Assembly (NCBI GenBank): GCA_950097015.1
Contig: CATNEN010000015.1
Coordinates: 1,736,001 to 1,800,000 of the forward strand
From: Macrostomum hystrix
Taxonomy: Eukaryota; Animalia; Platyhelminthes
DNA: 64,000 nt
Direction of reading: 5' to 3'
Below are positions 47,401 to 64,000 of the stretch, in pieces. The translations under genes and the position numbers were made by a program. How positions within the stretch are numbered: the stretch's first letter is position 1; each line of letters starts with the position of its first letter. Below the pieces are notes generated by a model, which did no database searches, was not told where the DNA came from, and saw only the letters and a list, made by a program, of their open reading frames with translations.

Positions 47401-50400
47401 TGTCTATATTCCAAATTGATCAAGTTTCAGAATGTCTATATTCCAAATTGATCAAGTTTCAGAATGTCTACATTCCAAATTGATCAAGTTTCAGAATGTC
47501 TACATTCCAAATTGATCAAGTTTCAGAATGTCTTTATTCCAAATTGATCAAGTTTCAGAATGTCTTTATTCCAAATTGATCAAGCTTCAGAATGTCTATT
47601 TTCCAAATTGATCAAGTTTCAGAATATCTATATTCCAAATTGATCAAGTTTCAGAATGTCTATATTCCAAATTGATCAAGTTTCAGAATGTCTTTATTCC
47701 AAATTGATCAAGTTTCAGAATGTCTATATTCCAAATTGATCAAGTTTCAGAATGTCTTTATTCCAAATTGATCAAGTTTCAGAATGTCTACATTCCAAAT
47801 TGATCAAGTTTCAGAATGTCTATATTCCAAATTGATCAAGTTTCTGAATCAATCTATTTGACTCTACACACATGAAGATTGAGAAAGGCATTGCAGAGAT
47901 ATAATAGAAATTCTATTATTGGCGCGCCCTTCGTAATTTTTGTAATTTTTAGAACTTCTCAGCAATTCTTATTTGCCACCCGCAAACTTCTATTTGTCAG
48001 CACGTATCCCTGCTGTGCCTACTATTAGTAGCCAGTCTGGCTGCGCTGTCCCTAGCTGCAACCCACAGTGGCGGTGAATTTCAAAGCAAAGCAGCTGACT
48101 GGACTAGCCACCTGGTGGGGAAGTATTACGGCCTGACGAATAGCACCGGCACTGAGGACCAGTGGCAGGTCTCGGACGTCACTGCCGCTGTTGACTCTGC
48201 GCAAAACGAGGTTGTTTTTCTTGTCTGACCGTAGAAAATTCTTTACAGAGCGCTTTAATCTCATCCCACATATCCCAAATTAGACTAGAGAGATTTCAGA
48301 TTATCCCACCTGAGACTTGGATAGGAATTTAGATTATCCCACCTGAGACTAGGATGGGAATTTAGATTATCCCACCTGAGACTAGGACGAGATTTTAGAT
48401 TATCCCACCTGATACTAGGACGATATTTTAGATTATCCCACCTGATACTAGGACGATATTTTAGATTATCCCACCTGAGACTAGGATGGGACTTTAGATT
48501 ATCCCACCTGAGACTAGGAATACATTTTAGATTGACTAGGAATACATTTTAGATTATCCCACCTGAGACTAGGACGGGACTTTAGATTATCCCACCTGAT
48601 ACTAGGAATATATTTTAGATTATCCCACCTGAGACTAAGACGAGATTTCAGATTATCCCACCTAAGATTTGCATGGGATTATAGATTGAGGAGAGATTAG
48701 AGACTAACCCCAGCTGGCACTAAGGTGATATAAGATATTATCTAACCTTGAGACTACTCGGAGACTTAAGATTACCCCAATCAGAGGTGGGTGTTTTTCT
48801 CAAAAGCAGTTTTTAAGAGCTATTTGGCAATTACGAGCTCGGGAATGATAATAAATGTCCCAATTAACATCCATCCCAACTGGTCCCACAGTACGCCTGC
48901 TGCGGTTGGACAGGTTACCAAGCAGCCAAGACCAGAAATGTTTTCCTAGAAACGCCCTGGTATAAAATTCAGAGCGCACCAGACAGCAGGCGCCTGCGCT
49001 ACCCGTCGTCCTGCTGCGCTGTTCGCATCGGTTGGAATGCCTCGCTGGAGAAATGCGCCATGAGTGACAATGAACTCAAGGCGCGCAGCTTAGGGTACAT
49101 GCATTCTGCTGTGAGTACTGCTGACTGCATTCTCTGCTTCACTTATTTAGGCCTAATAATCCTATTGTAGTTTTGTTACTCTCCCAAATCCCCAAATAGA
49201 CACATTCACTCGCCCAGATCCCCAAATAGACACATTCACACTCCCAGATCCCCAAATAAGCACATTCACTCGCCCAGATCCCCAAATAGGCACATTCACA
49301 CTCCCAGATCCCCAAATAGGCACATTCACTCTCCCAGATCCCCAAATAGGCACATTCACTCTCCCAGATCCCCAAATAGGCACATTCACTCTCCCAGATC
49401 CCCAAATAGGCACATTCACTCTCCCAGATCCCCAAATAGGCACATTCACTCTCCCAGATCCCCAAATAGGCACATTCACTCTCCCAGATCCCCAAATAGG
49501 CGCATTCACTCTCCCAGATCCCCAAATAGGCACATTCACTCTCCCAGATCCCCAAATAGGCACATTCACTCTCCCAGATCCCCAAATAGGCACATTCACT
49601 CTCCCAGATCCCCAAATAGGCGCATTCACTCTCCCAGATCCCCAAATAGGCACATTCACTCTCCCAGATCCCGAAATAGGCACATTCACTCTCCCAGATC
49701 CCCAAATAGGCACATTCACACTCCCAGATCCCCAAATAGGCACATTCACTCTCCCAGATCCCCAAATAGGCACATTCACTCTCCCAGATCCCCAGATAGG
49801 CACATTCACACTCCCAGATCCCCAAATAGGCGCATTCACTCTCCCAGATCCCCAAATAGGCGCATTCACTCTCCCAGATCCCCAAATAGGCACATTCACT
49901 CTCCCAGATCCCGAAATAGGCGCATTCACACTCCCAGATCCCCAAATAGGCACATTCACACTCCCAGATCCACAAATAGGCACATTCACACTCCCAGATC
50001 CCCAAATAGGCGCATTCACTCTCCCAGATCCACAAATAGGCACATTCACACTCCCAGATCCCCAAATAGGCACATTCACACTCCCAGATCCCCAAATAGG
50101 CGCATTCACTCTCCCAGATCCCCAAATAGGCGCATTCACTCTCCCAGATCCACAAATAGGCGCATTCACTCTCCCAGATCCACAAATAGGCGCATTCACT
50201 CTCCCAGATCCCCAAATAGGCGCATTCACTCTCCCAGATCCCCAAATAGGCACATTCACTCTCCCAGATCCCCAAATAGGCGCATTCACTCTCCCAGATC
50301 CCCAAATAGGCACATTCACTCTCCCAGATCCCCAAATAGGCACATTCACTCTCCCAGATCCCCAAATAGGGGCATTCACTCTCCCAGATCCCCAAATAGG

Positions 50401-51606
50401 CACATTCACTCTCCCAGATCCCCAAATAGGCACATTCACTCTCCCAGATCCCCAAATAGGGGCATTCACTCTCCCAGATCCCCAAATAGGCACATTCACT
50501 CTCCCAGATCCCCAAATAGGCACATTCACACTCCCAGATCCCCAAATAGGCACATTCACTCTGCCAGATCCCCAAATAGGGGCATTCACTCTCCCAGATC
50601 CCCAAATAGGCACATTCACTCTCCCAGATCCCCAAATAGGCACATTCACTCTCCCAGATCCCCAAATAGGCACATTCACACTCCCAGATCCCCAAATAGG
50701 GGCATTCACTCTCCCAGATCCCCAAATAGGCACATTCACTCTCCCAGATCCCCAGATAGGCACATTCACTCTCCCAGATCCACAAATAGGCGCATTCACT
50801 CTCCCAGATCCCCAAATAGGCACATTCACTCTCCCAGATCCCCAAATAGGCGCATTCACTCTCCCAGATCCCCAAATAGGCACATTTACTCTCCCAGATC
50901 CCCAAATAGGCGCATTCACTCTCCCAGATCCACAAATAGGCACATTCACTCTCCCAGATCCCCAAATAGGCACATTCACACTCCCAGATCCCCAAATAGG
51001 GGAATTCACTCTCCCAGATCCCCAAATAGGCACATTCACTCTCCCAGATCCACAAATAGGCACATTCACTCTCCCAGATCCACAAATAGGCACATTCACT
51101 CTCCCAGATCCACAAATAGGCACATTCACTCTCCCAGATCCCCAAATAGGCACATTCACTCTCCCAGATCCCCAAACAGAGACATTCACTCTCCCAGATC
51201 CACAAATAGGCACATTCACTCTCCCAGATCCACAAATAGGCACATTCACTCTCCCAGATCCCCAAATAGGCACATTCACTCTCCCAGATCCCCAAATAGA
51301 CACATTCACTCTCCCAGATCCCCAAATAGGCACATTCACTCTCCCAAATCCCGAATGGACACTGCAGGATTGCATCGATCTGTTTTTTGACGCCAGCAAT
51401 AAAGCATTTCGAGTTCCGATGGGCATCACGGTGTTGTCCATATTGTTGCAGGTGAGTATGTGCTCAACCCTTGCATTATTCTAGTTAAGTACGATGTGGC
51501 ATTTTCTTATTGTATATGGGAGTGTTTTATTTTCCAGCTCTGGTGCCTGGTGTTCTCATTCATTTGGTTGTGTCAGAGCTTCACAGACAGAGCTGTCACA
51601 GTATGA
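44493..51606 (+). CDS. Tetraspanin 1 of 3, 5 exons, 282 aa
   Basis: Exons 44493-44759, 48001-48210, 48892-49110 (YACCGW...PSSCC...C), 51368-51451 and 51538-51606. All are phase-0 GT-AG junctions; four TM segments. Confidence 0.88.
44911..45150 (+). mobile_element. tRNA-headed SINE, second family
   Basis: A-box-like TGGCAGAGCGG and B-box-like G.TCGATTCC. The body (CATTCATTTGGGGCGCAGCCGCGGAGAGAAGG...GGCTGCGGGTCTAGTG) recurs at 63342-63600 and partly at 61478-61560 on the minus strand. Confidence 0.7.
45160..45322 (-). mobile_element. tRNA-derived CORE-like SINE (copy 2)
   Basis: Reverse complement aligns with 37340-37490 (ggttcgattcc...attgcttcagttcacccag...ggtacc). Confidence 0.7.
45854..47843. 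repeat. 32-bp minisatellite (AAGTTTCAGAATGTCTA[T/C]ATTCCAAATTGATC), ~62 copies
   Basis: Direct tandem repeat in tetraspanin-1 intron 1. Confidence 0.97.
48298..48690. repeat. ~32-bp degenerate minisatellite (AGATTATCCCACCTGAGACTAGG...)
   Basis: Direct reading; tetraspanin-1 intron 2. Confidence 0.9.
49177..51352. repeat. 30-bp minisatellite (CCCAAATAGGCACATTCACTCTCCCAGATC), ~72 copies
   Basis: Tetraspanin-1 intron 3; source of the 728- and 759-aa minus-strand ORFs. Confidence 0.97.
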
Positions 51607-52029
51607 GCTCACTGATTTGCCTTGGTCTTAAGTATACATTCTATCTTGCAGCAAAATCTCTTACTGTATTTTAGTAGTTATCGCTGTGATTTAACTTCAT
51701 TTTCTTGTTTTTGTCTTCCACAAAAGTAATTGTCACAGACTTATGTTTTAAATGAAATTGCATCGAGTTCGTTTTTCTACACTACATTCCGTGTTACATT
51801 TTTTGTTTTTTGTTATGTTACGAGCTACTGTGATCAATTATTTATTGTGATTAGTTTTTTTCAGTAACTTTTTATACCACATTTTTTAATATCTATTTAC
51901 AAGCTTAATTATTTAGAATGAATCTGAATTTGTTTTTTTAATATTGCAGCTGTATGCCAAAACTTTAAAGCGATGCTCTATTTTGTTTTTTCATTTTATT
52001 AGGCTTTTATAGGGATTCGAAATTGAGAG

Positions 52030-52320
52030 CACAGATCCCAGCACAGGTGAGAGAGAGAGAGCAGAGATCCCAGCACAGGTGAGAGAGAGCAGAGATCCCA
52101 GCACAGGTGAGAGAGAGAGCAGAGATCCCGGCACAGGTGAGAGAGAGAGCAGAGATCCCAGCACAGGTGAGAGAGAGAGAGCAGAGATCCCAGCACAGGT
52201 GAGAGAGAGAGCAGAGATCCCAGCACAGGAGAGAGAGAGAGCAGAGATCCCAGCACAGGTGTGAGAGAGCAGAGATCCCAGCACGGGTGAGAGACAGAAG
52301 GCACAGATCCCAGCACAGAT
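52030..52320. repeat. 28-32-bp repeat (CCCAGCACAGGT(GA)nGCAGAGAT) with a variable GA tract
   Basis: Direct reading; lies between tetraspanins 1 and 2. Confidence 0.93.
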
Positions 52321-52482
52321 AGGAAAAAAATAAGAGAGAGAGAGAGATAGAATATATGACCTGGTAGATTGTATATAACTATATAACTATAAACTATATA
52401 TAACTAAAGTATAGTTTCTCTAAAGCTGATGAGTCATGTCATGAGTCAAATTTTCAGCTCTCACTCCCTGCATTGAGCTGTC

Positions 52483-55146
52483 ATGGGTCGCAACAGTCGT
52501 GTAAATGTCTGCCTGAAGATCTTCCTACTCATTGTGAACGGCCTATTCCTTCTGATTGGCGCTGCAGTGCTTGGCGTTGGCATTTACCTGTGCACCAGCG
52601 CCGAACTAAGTCGCTTTAACGATGTGTTCGCCGCGATGGAGACTCTGCGGTCAGTTCGCTTCATTCTTGTCGGATGCGGCTGCGGAATTTTGCTTATCTG
52701 CCTGTTAGGCTGCATCGGCTCCTGCAGAGAGACCACCTGTCTGCTTGTGCTGGTGAGCCGGCGTTAAGTGTTGCTAAAAATAGATTGCGGAATACCCGCT
52801 TGCAATCTGAAATTTACGCCGCGTCCCAACAGCTCTTATCCACGATGTAAGCACAGCCCCAATTCTCTTACCCCAATGTACACACAGCCCCAACAGCTCT
52901 ATCCCCGATTTTTGCACAGCCCCAATTCTCTTACCCCAATGTGCACACAGCCCCAACAGCTCTATCCCCGATGTAAACACAGCCCCAATTCTCTTACCCC
53001 AATGTGCACACAGCCCCAACAGCTCTATCCCCAATGTAAACACAGCCCCAATTCTCTTAACCCTATGTGCACACAGCCCCAACAGCTCTATCCCCGATGT
53101 AAACACAGCCCCAATTCTCTTAACCCTATGTGCACACAGCCCCAACAGCTCTATCCCCGATGTAAGCACAGCCCTAATACTTTTACCCCTATGTACACAC
53201 AGCTCTAACCCTTATAACCGACGACATCCATACAAGCCCCTGCCCTTCTAAGCCCTGTACACTGAAGCTGTCAGGTGTATAAGTTTTTGAACCGAATCAG
53301 AAAATCAAAGCCGCTTCACCACCCGACCTCACCCAGTACGTCGTCCTTGTTTCCATCGTGCTGATGGCCAGCATCGCGGCCGCTGTGCTGTCCTACACAT
53401 TTAAAAACGAGGTGAAGTCGTTCGCTAAGGACCACATGCAGGCCAGCATGGACCAGTTTTATGGGAACTTTACGGACTCCAGGGGCCGCGTGTTCACCGA
53501 GTCTGTGAATGCTATTCAAAGAAATGTGCGTTTAACAATGCGCCAAATGCTGCTTTCATGAAAGAAAATGGTTGCATTATATTTATCTATTGCAGATTTG
53601 ATCAAGAGTCAGGTTTAAATCTGAGTCACTAGGGAATCGAGAGATGAGCCATTGACAGGTGATAGGAGAATGACAGGGACAGGGGAGAGATGAGAGTGGG
53701 GAGAGATAAGACTGGGGAGGGACGAGACACTGAAGAGATAAAACGGGGGAGAGAAGAGACATAGGAGATGTACGTCGTAAGACATAAGAGAGAAGTTACG
53801 GGAGAGAAGTGTCAGGGAAGAAAAGAGACTAGGGTGAGATAAGACTAAGGAAAGAGGAGACATGTTTGAAATGTCTAGGGATCCGCTGATGATAGCAACA
53901 GCAGGCAAAGCATGCAATGTCAATGGGTTCCCACCGCAGGAGATGTGCTGCGGCTGGTCGGACGCCAACTCGGCCAGTCTGTTCAACAGGACGCCATGGT
54001 TCCGGGAGGCCAACGCGAATCGCACGGCCGGCCAATCGGTTCGCACCATTCCTGACTCCTGCTGCGTGGTGCCAGATGTCGACAACCCCAAGTATTTAAA
54101 GTGCGTGCACTCAACTGATGTTGCTCAGGATCGATCGAATGGTTTTATCTTCTCTGACGTGAGTAACCCAACGGTATTTTACCCAATCTCTTGCAGTTCC
54201 TTCTTCCTTCTTCCCCACTCCCCATTCTTCCCTTCTTCCCCACTCCCGGTTCTTCCCTTCTTCTCCACTCCCGATTCTTCCCTTCTTCCCCACTCCCGAT
54301 TCTTCCCTTCTTCACCTCTTCAATTCTTCAAATCTTCCCCTATCACAATGCTTCCCTTCATCCCCCATCCCCTTCGTAAATTGAACCCCCACACTGCCGC
54401 CCTTGCAGAACTGCTGGGACAGGCTCATTGGAGTCGTCGGAAAATTTCTCTATGCTACCATCGGCACCGTGATAGCTTCCATCCTGCTGCAGGTGAGCTG
54501 CCAGCCTTTTCAAATCGAGTAACTTTCAAAAGCTACCCAACTGCAAGCTACCCGACTGCAAGCTACCCAACTGTAAGCTACCCAACTGTAAGCTACCTAA
54601 CTGTAAGCTACCTAACTACAAGCTACCCAACTGCAAGCTAAAGCTACCCAACTGTAAGCTACCTAACTGTAAGCTACCTAACTACAAGCTACCCAACTGC
54701 AAGCTAAAGCTACCCAACTACAAGCTACCCAACTGTAAGCTACCTAACTGTAAGCTACCCAACTGCAAGCTAAAGCTACCCAACTACAAGCTACCCGACT
54801 GCAAGCTACCTAACTGTAAGCTACCCAACTGTAAGCTACCTAACTGTAAGCTACCTAACTACAAGCTACCCAACTGCAAGCTAAAGCTACCCAACTGTAA
54901 GCTACCTAACTGTAAGCTACCCAACTGTAAGCTACCTAACTACAAGCTACCCAACTGTAAGCTACCCAACTGTAAGCTACCTAACTACAAGCTACCTAAC
55001 TAAAAACTACCTAACTGCAAGCTAGCCAACCACAAGCTACCGAGCTCATGATCGCATCGTCTGCATTGTAGATCGTGTGTCTAATCTGTGGCATTGTTCT
55101 GCTGTGCCAAGTGTGTCGCAGCGAGCAGGACGGAAGACTTGTGTGA
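52483..55146 (+). CDS. Tetraspanin 2 of 3, 5 exons, 278 aa
   Basis: Exons 52483-52752, 53337-53525, 53940-54158 (EMCCGW...PDSCC...C), 54409-54492 and 55072-55146; all phase 0. Confidence 0.92.
52850..53208. repeat. 63-bp tandem repeat (two ~31-bp CACAGCCCCAA subunits), ~6 copies
   Basis: Tetraspanin-2 intron 1. Confidence 0.92.
53660..54372. repeat. Purine-rich (53660-53860) and pyrimidine-rich (54197-54372) low-complexity tracts flanking tetraspanin-2 exon 3
   Basis: GA-rich in intron 2; CCTTCTTCCCCACTCCC-like repeats in intron 3. Confidence 0.75.
54530..55040. repeat. 15-bp minisatellite (AAGCTACC[C/T]AACT[G/A][T/C])
   Basis: Tetraspanin-2 intron 4. Confidence 0.95.
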
Positions 55147-55571
55147 TTCAACTCATTCGTTAATGAATTGAACTGGCTTATTATTCCAGGGCTGTTCCCA
55201 TGATTCGATATCATAAATACTATCTCTGATATTTCAGACATTACAAATTTTACTAATTTCTGTTGCTATTTAGATTTCTAAGAAGAAAACAATTTTGTAT
55301 CCTGAACTCAAAGGTTTTACTACATCCGTTTTTTTATTTTAAAAATTGAATTTTAATTATTATTAAAACAAGGAATAAACTTTCAATATTTTTTTGCACA
55401 TTTATAGCTTTTTATTGCATCAATTTGGTTGGCAACTTTTCCATTTTTACGAGTAGCAGCTTTATCATAAACGATTAAAATTTGATTGCTTACAAACTGT
55501 GTCTTACTGAAATAAATAAGAAACAGACTGACAACTTTTGCGCCAAAGACAGAAATTTGATTTTCTACGTT

Positions 55572-55944
55572 GCTCCTTAGGTAGCTCCATAAGCATGTTC
55601 TCAGGTAGCTCCATAATCATGTTCTCAGGTAGCTCCATAAGCATGTTCTCAGGTAGCTCCATAAGCATGTTCTCAGGTAGCTCCATAAGCATGTTCTCAG
55701 GTAGCTCCATAAGCATGTTCTCAGGTAGCTCCATAAGCATGTTCTCAGGTAGCTCCATAAGCATGTTCTCAGGTAGCTCCATAAGCATGTTCTCAGGTAG
55801 CTCCATAAGCATGTTCTCAGGTAGCTCCATAAGCATGTTCTCAGGTAGCTCCATAAGCATGTTCTCAGGTAGCTCTATAAGCATATTCTCAGGTAGCTCC
55901 ATAAGCATGTCCTCAGGTAGTTCCATAAGCATGTTCTCAGGTAG
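55572..55944. repeat. 24-bp minisatellite (GTAGCTCCATAAGCATGTTCTCAG), ~15 copies
   Basis: Lies between tetraspanins 2 and 3. Confidence 0.96.
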
Positions 55945-56265
55945 ATCCATCAGGATGTCCTTATTTTAAGAACTGATCTTAAAAGAGTTCTCGAATTGGC
56001 TGAGATGTGGAAAAACCATGGAAAAACCGTGGAATTACCGGCCAACAATTATCATAGCACAGATCGCTAACAGAAACCTAGCTTGGCTGGTTAATTAGCT
56101 GAAGGAACTACTCTAGACCATACGGCGGTAACATGCTTCACGTATTTCTTCGCGCCTTATTTCAGTTCTCTGCCTCAAGCAGTAGAAGCCAAGCAACAGA
56201 TTTGACAGATTGTCTGCAAACTGCCTATTAATATAGTCAAAGAGCACAGATCTAATCGGCTAACA

Positions 56266-60450
<4,185 letters not shown>

Positions 60451-61609
60451 TCTGGCAGTGAAGCCTGGCATCATGGAGTCGGAGCGGATTTGAAAATACC
60501 AACAATTTTTGCTACGCGAAAGCCTAGAGTGTGACAGATCTTTAACATTTAAACAGTCTGGTCTGACATTGTAAATCGCAGTTCTTTTCGTCTCGCTTTA
60601 TAGATTTTCTTACATTAACCTCTCTCTGTGCCCCACGAACGGTGCAAATCTCGCAATAAGTAACAGCTGTTTTATTAGAATGAAGTTCAATTTTTAACTT
60701 CAATTGCATCTTCTACTATAGCATTGTGCACCAGTCGTTTAAAATCTAGTTTTGCAATACCGAAATCAGCCGCGATAATCTCGTGTTGTATTTTTTTTCG
60801 ATATATAGTAAGGCCTGTTTACTATAGACTATACGATGCAAAAGCAATTTAAGCTGCTTACTGCAATCCCATTGTTGCGCGTTGCCTTTTTCTTTTTCCT
60901 CATTTTAAAAATACTTCTCGACTCGGGTGTTCTAAGTGTCCCTGCTGCTTAAGTTTGCCTTGTACCGATTCGATTAATCTTAGTAACTTACACTACTTCA
61001 AGTAGTTTTAAGCGAGAAGTTGTTTTATACCAACGGTCATATTGGATCGCGGCTTCGGGCAGTCTGTAATACCTAACTCGCTTTGTTGTTGTTTCAGTCC
61101 TCAGAAGGAGTTCCGCTCGTCTTGAAAGTGCAATTTCCGAGTTTCATTGTTCTTACTCTATTCAGTTATCCTTTTGTTTCACTAAGCTGGCAGGATCAAA
61201 AGCCTGTTTGTTTAATTCTAGCTTTTACTTTTCTGCTTGTGTTCTCTACGAAAGTTTCATGAAAAACGGCTTGCAAATAAACTTTAAAAATATTTTTTGT
61301 TACATATTATCCAGAATACTTACGCTCTTCGTCTTAACATCAGCCTACTCACATTAATGAGCTGTTTTGCACTTTTTCAATGGGGCAATGTTTTTTCATT
61401 TTGTGGAACCATTGGGTTTGTTAATAATTATTACAGTAATTGCAGGAGGGCTGCTGGCAATGGGACATCTTTCATTGACACTAGACCCGCAGCCAGCGAG
61501 GAAGCAATTCTGCCCAATACGCTCACTTCTGAGCACCCACTCACTCTACACCAGCATCAGGACCAGAACACTCAAAACATCGCCACTTAACAGAAGAAGT
61601 TTCACCATC

Positions 61610-62307
61610 GGTTTGGGAACGCAGAACCAGTTCGATCAGGTTTTTAACAGGTTCAGTGTCGGTTTGTTTGGGAGCGCAGAACCAGTTTGATCAGGTTTTT
61701 AACAGGTTCAGTGTCGGTTTGTTTGGGAGCGCAGAACCAGTTTGGTCAGGTTTTTAACAGGTTCAGTGTCGGTTTGTTTGGGAACGCAGAACCAGTTTGG
61801 TCAGGTTTTTAACAGGTTCAGTGTCGGTTTGTTTGGGAACGCAGAACCAGTTTGGTCAGGTTTTTAACAGGTTCAGTGTCGGTTTGTTTGGGAACGCAGA
61901 ACCAGTTTGATCAGGTTTTTAACAGGTTCAGTGTCGGTTTGTTTGGGAACGCAGAACCAGTTTGGTCAGGTTTTTAACAGGTTCAGTGTCGGTTTGTTTG
62001 GGAACGCAGAACCAGTTTGATCAGGTTTTTAACAGGTTCAGTGTCGGTTTGTTTGGGAACGCAGGACCAGTTTGATCAGGTTTTTAACAGGTTCAGTGTC
62101 GGTTTGTTTGGGAGCGCAGAACCAGTTCGATCAGGTTTTTAACAGGTTCAGTGTCGGTTTGTTTGGGAGCGCAGAACCAGTTCGATCAGGTTTTTAACAG
62201 GTTCAGTGTCGGTTTGTTTGGGAACGCAGAACCAGTTTGGTCAGGTTTTTAACAGGTTCAGTGTCGGTTTGTTTGGGAACGCAGAACCAGTTCGATCAGG
62301 TTTTGAA
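61610..62307. repeat. 55-bp minisatellite, ~12.5 copies
   Basis: GCAGAACCAG recurs at 61621, 61676 and onward. Confidence 0.96.
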
Positions 62308-62592
62308 CTTCTGACCTCCAAATTCTATTTGTGGAGGTGCTGTACTTCTTTACGGTTTTACTTCAGGTGACAAAAGCACTGCTTCCATTTTGCCGTGACA
62401 ACTCACTGACACTTAAATACACTTCATCCATCTTAACTCACACCCTCAACCAGAAAGAAGTAAATAATTTGCCTGGCGGGGGATATTAATCAGTGTCGCT
62501 GTGCAAGACCCTAAAAATTTGGCGCCAGCAGCATTAGCTGGGGTAGGTTTGGGGAGTCGAGCGGTTACGTTCGTGCCGAGCTCACGTTAACA

Positions 62593-62785
62593 CCCACCTC
62601 ACTCCTGCACCCACCTCACGCCTGCATCCACCTCACTCCTGCACCCACCTCACGCCTACATCCACCTCACGCCTACATCCACCTCACGCCTGCATCCACC
62701 TCACTCCTGCACCCACCTCACGCCTACATCCACCTCACGCCTACATCCACCTCACGCCTGCATCCACCTCACTCCTGCACCCACC
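62593..62785. repeat. 17-bp minisatellite (CCACCTCAC[G/T]CCT[A/G]CA[T/C])
   Basis: Direct reading. Confidence 0.92.
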
Positions 62786-63341
62786 CCACTTCTAAACCAC
62801 CTCTTCATTCACTTCTTAACTTTCAAGTGGTCTGCGATAGTCTCTTGTACTTATGCCCATGGTTTCGTGAATGCGAACCAAGTCCGCTTTTGAAAATGTT
62901 TAAGATTCAAATTACCGTGTTTGACTTGCTTGAAAGAATTGGCAAAGTTTTTGCTTCTAGCCTACCGTAAGCTTAAACGATTGATGTCCGCATGAATGTG
63001 TAAGGCCAAACAATTAGCCAATTTGAATCTTGCGTGATTGGCTAGTTCATACGCAAAAAAATCTGTTGAATTTTGATTGGTTAGAACATTTCAAGTGCGT
63101 ACCACCAGTACTGTGTAATTCGCTGTACTGATTTTTTTGTTAATATATTTTTTCTAGACTACTTACTAACCAAAACAAGTAGTATATGCTGTATGCGCAT
63201 GGCTAAATATGTGCATGAGTGTATGACTTTTAATTCTACGCAGAACCACGAAATCAGACTTTAAATTCTACCCTTGCCGTGTAGGTCGTTTTTAAGGAAG
63301 ATTTGCGCAGTCGACCAATAAAACAATTAATTATTGGCCGC

Positions 63342-63600
63342 ATTCATTTGGGGCGCAGCCGCGGAGAGAAGGCTTGGGTGCTTGTCGTGCAATTTACGCC
63401 CTTGAGGGCCAACCTCCAAGGCACAGTGAGAGTGTACACTGCCTGACGATGAGAAAGTCAGGGCAGATGTACACACCTGTGTGAGCGTGTGCCTGCATAC
63501 AGTATCTGTCTGCGTGTGTGCTCAGGAGTCAGCGAAATGGGCAGACTTGCCTCCTCGCTGGCTGCGGGTCTAGTGTCACCAAATGACCGCAGCCGCCTGC
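63342..63600 (+). mobile_element. SINE body, second family (copy of 44990-45150 with an internal insertion)
   Basis: Shared blocks CATTCATTTGGGGCGCAGCCGCGGAGAGAAGGCTT and GTGTGCTCAGGAGTCAGCGAA...GGCTGCGGGTCTAGTG. Confidence 0.7.
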
Positions 63601-64000
63601 AGTTATTATGCTCAGTATAAGCCTCAGTTGCGAATCTATACTGGTTGAAATATATCATAATTAACTATATCAGTAATAGTCAGAATGGCTGCATGACGAG
63701 ATTTTGTGAACAGAAAAAACTATACGGCTTTTTGCTGATTTATGCCACCAGACACCCGGACGAGAATTGTTGAACATCTCGACGATGCCGATGTTTTGTG
63801 ATTCTGGAAGTTGTTTCATCGTTTAGAGCGGAAAGTTTTGGATGAACATTTTGTGATATCCAGAGAAAAAAACGTGGGTATTTTGAAATATTTCTACTGT
63901 TAATGTGAGTCACGTGAGAAAACATGCCAGGTGAGCAGCCAGTGACGGAGCCGCATTACCATAGACTTTTGTTTGCTCGATTTTCAATCAATAATCAATT

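Noticed and set aside
49139-51441. 728- and 759-aa minus-strand ORFs (Cys/Trp-rich repeats)
   Set aside because: 30-bp array inside tetraspanin-1 intron 3, bounded by well-supported plus-strand exons.

Overview
Eukaryotic (metazoan) genomic DNA with spliced GT-AG genes. Roughly one third of the window (about 21 kb, summed by eye) is intronic or intergenic minisatellite. The GC-rich codons, poly-Ala/Gln tracts and minisatellite-filled introns resemble the free-living flatworm Macrostomum, but that assignment is inference only. Genes reconstructed by hand from splice sites and reading phase: a 2-exon rhodopsin-like GPCR (-); an unknown coiled-coil/low-complexity gene (+); a complete PDE9 cGMP phosphodiesterase (-) with a duplicated, apparently mutually exclusive penultimate exon; a VMO1 beta-prism gene (+) with an inverted, internally deleted copy; two decayed NACHT/NWD-like fragments; a WSC+PAN gene disabled by a frameshift and a LINE insertion with a 13-bp TSD; an intronless, apparently secreted receptor-L-domain/furin-like protein; and three tandem tetraspanins with identical all-phase-0 exon structure. 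Mobile DNA comprises a solo LTR with a 4-bp TSD, LINE fragments and tRNA-derived SINEs. Most long ORFs in the supplied track are artefacts of tandem repeats. There is no CRISPR array, rRNA or intact tRNA. The most unusual signals are minisatellites built from splice-junction sequence, the PDE9 exon duplication, the soluble receptor-ectodomain gene and the chimeric VMO1 inversion.
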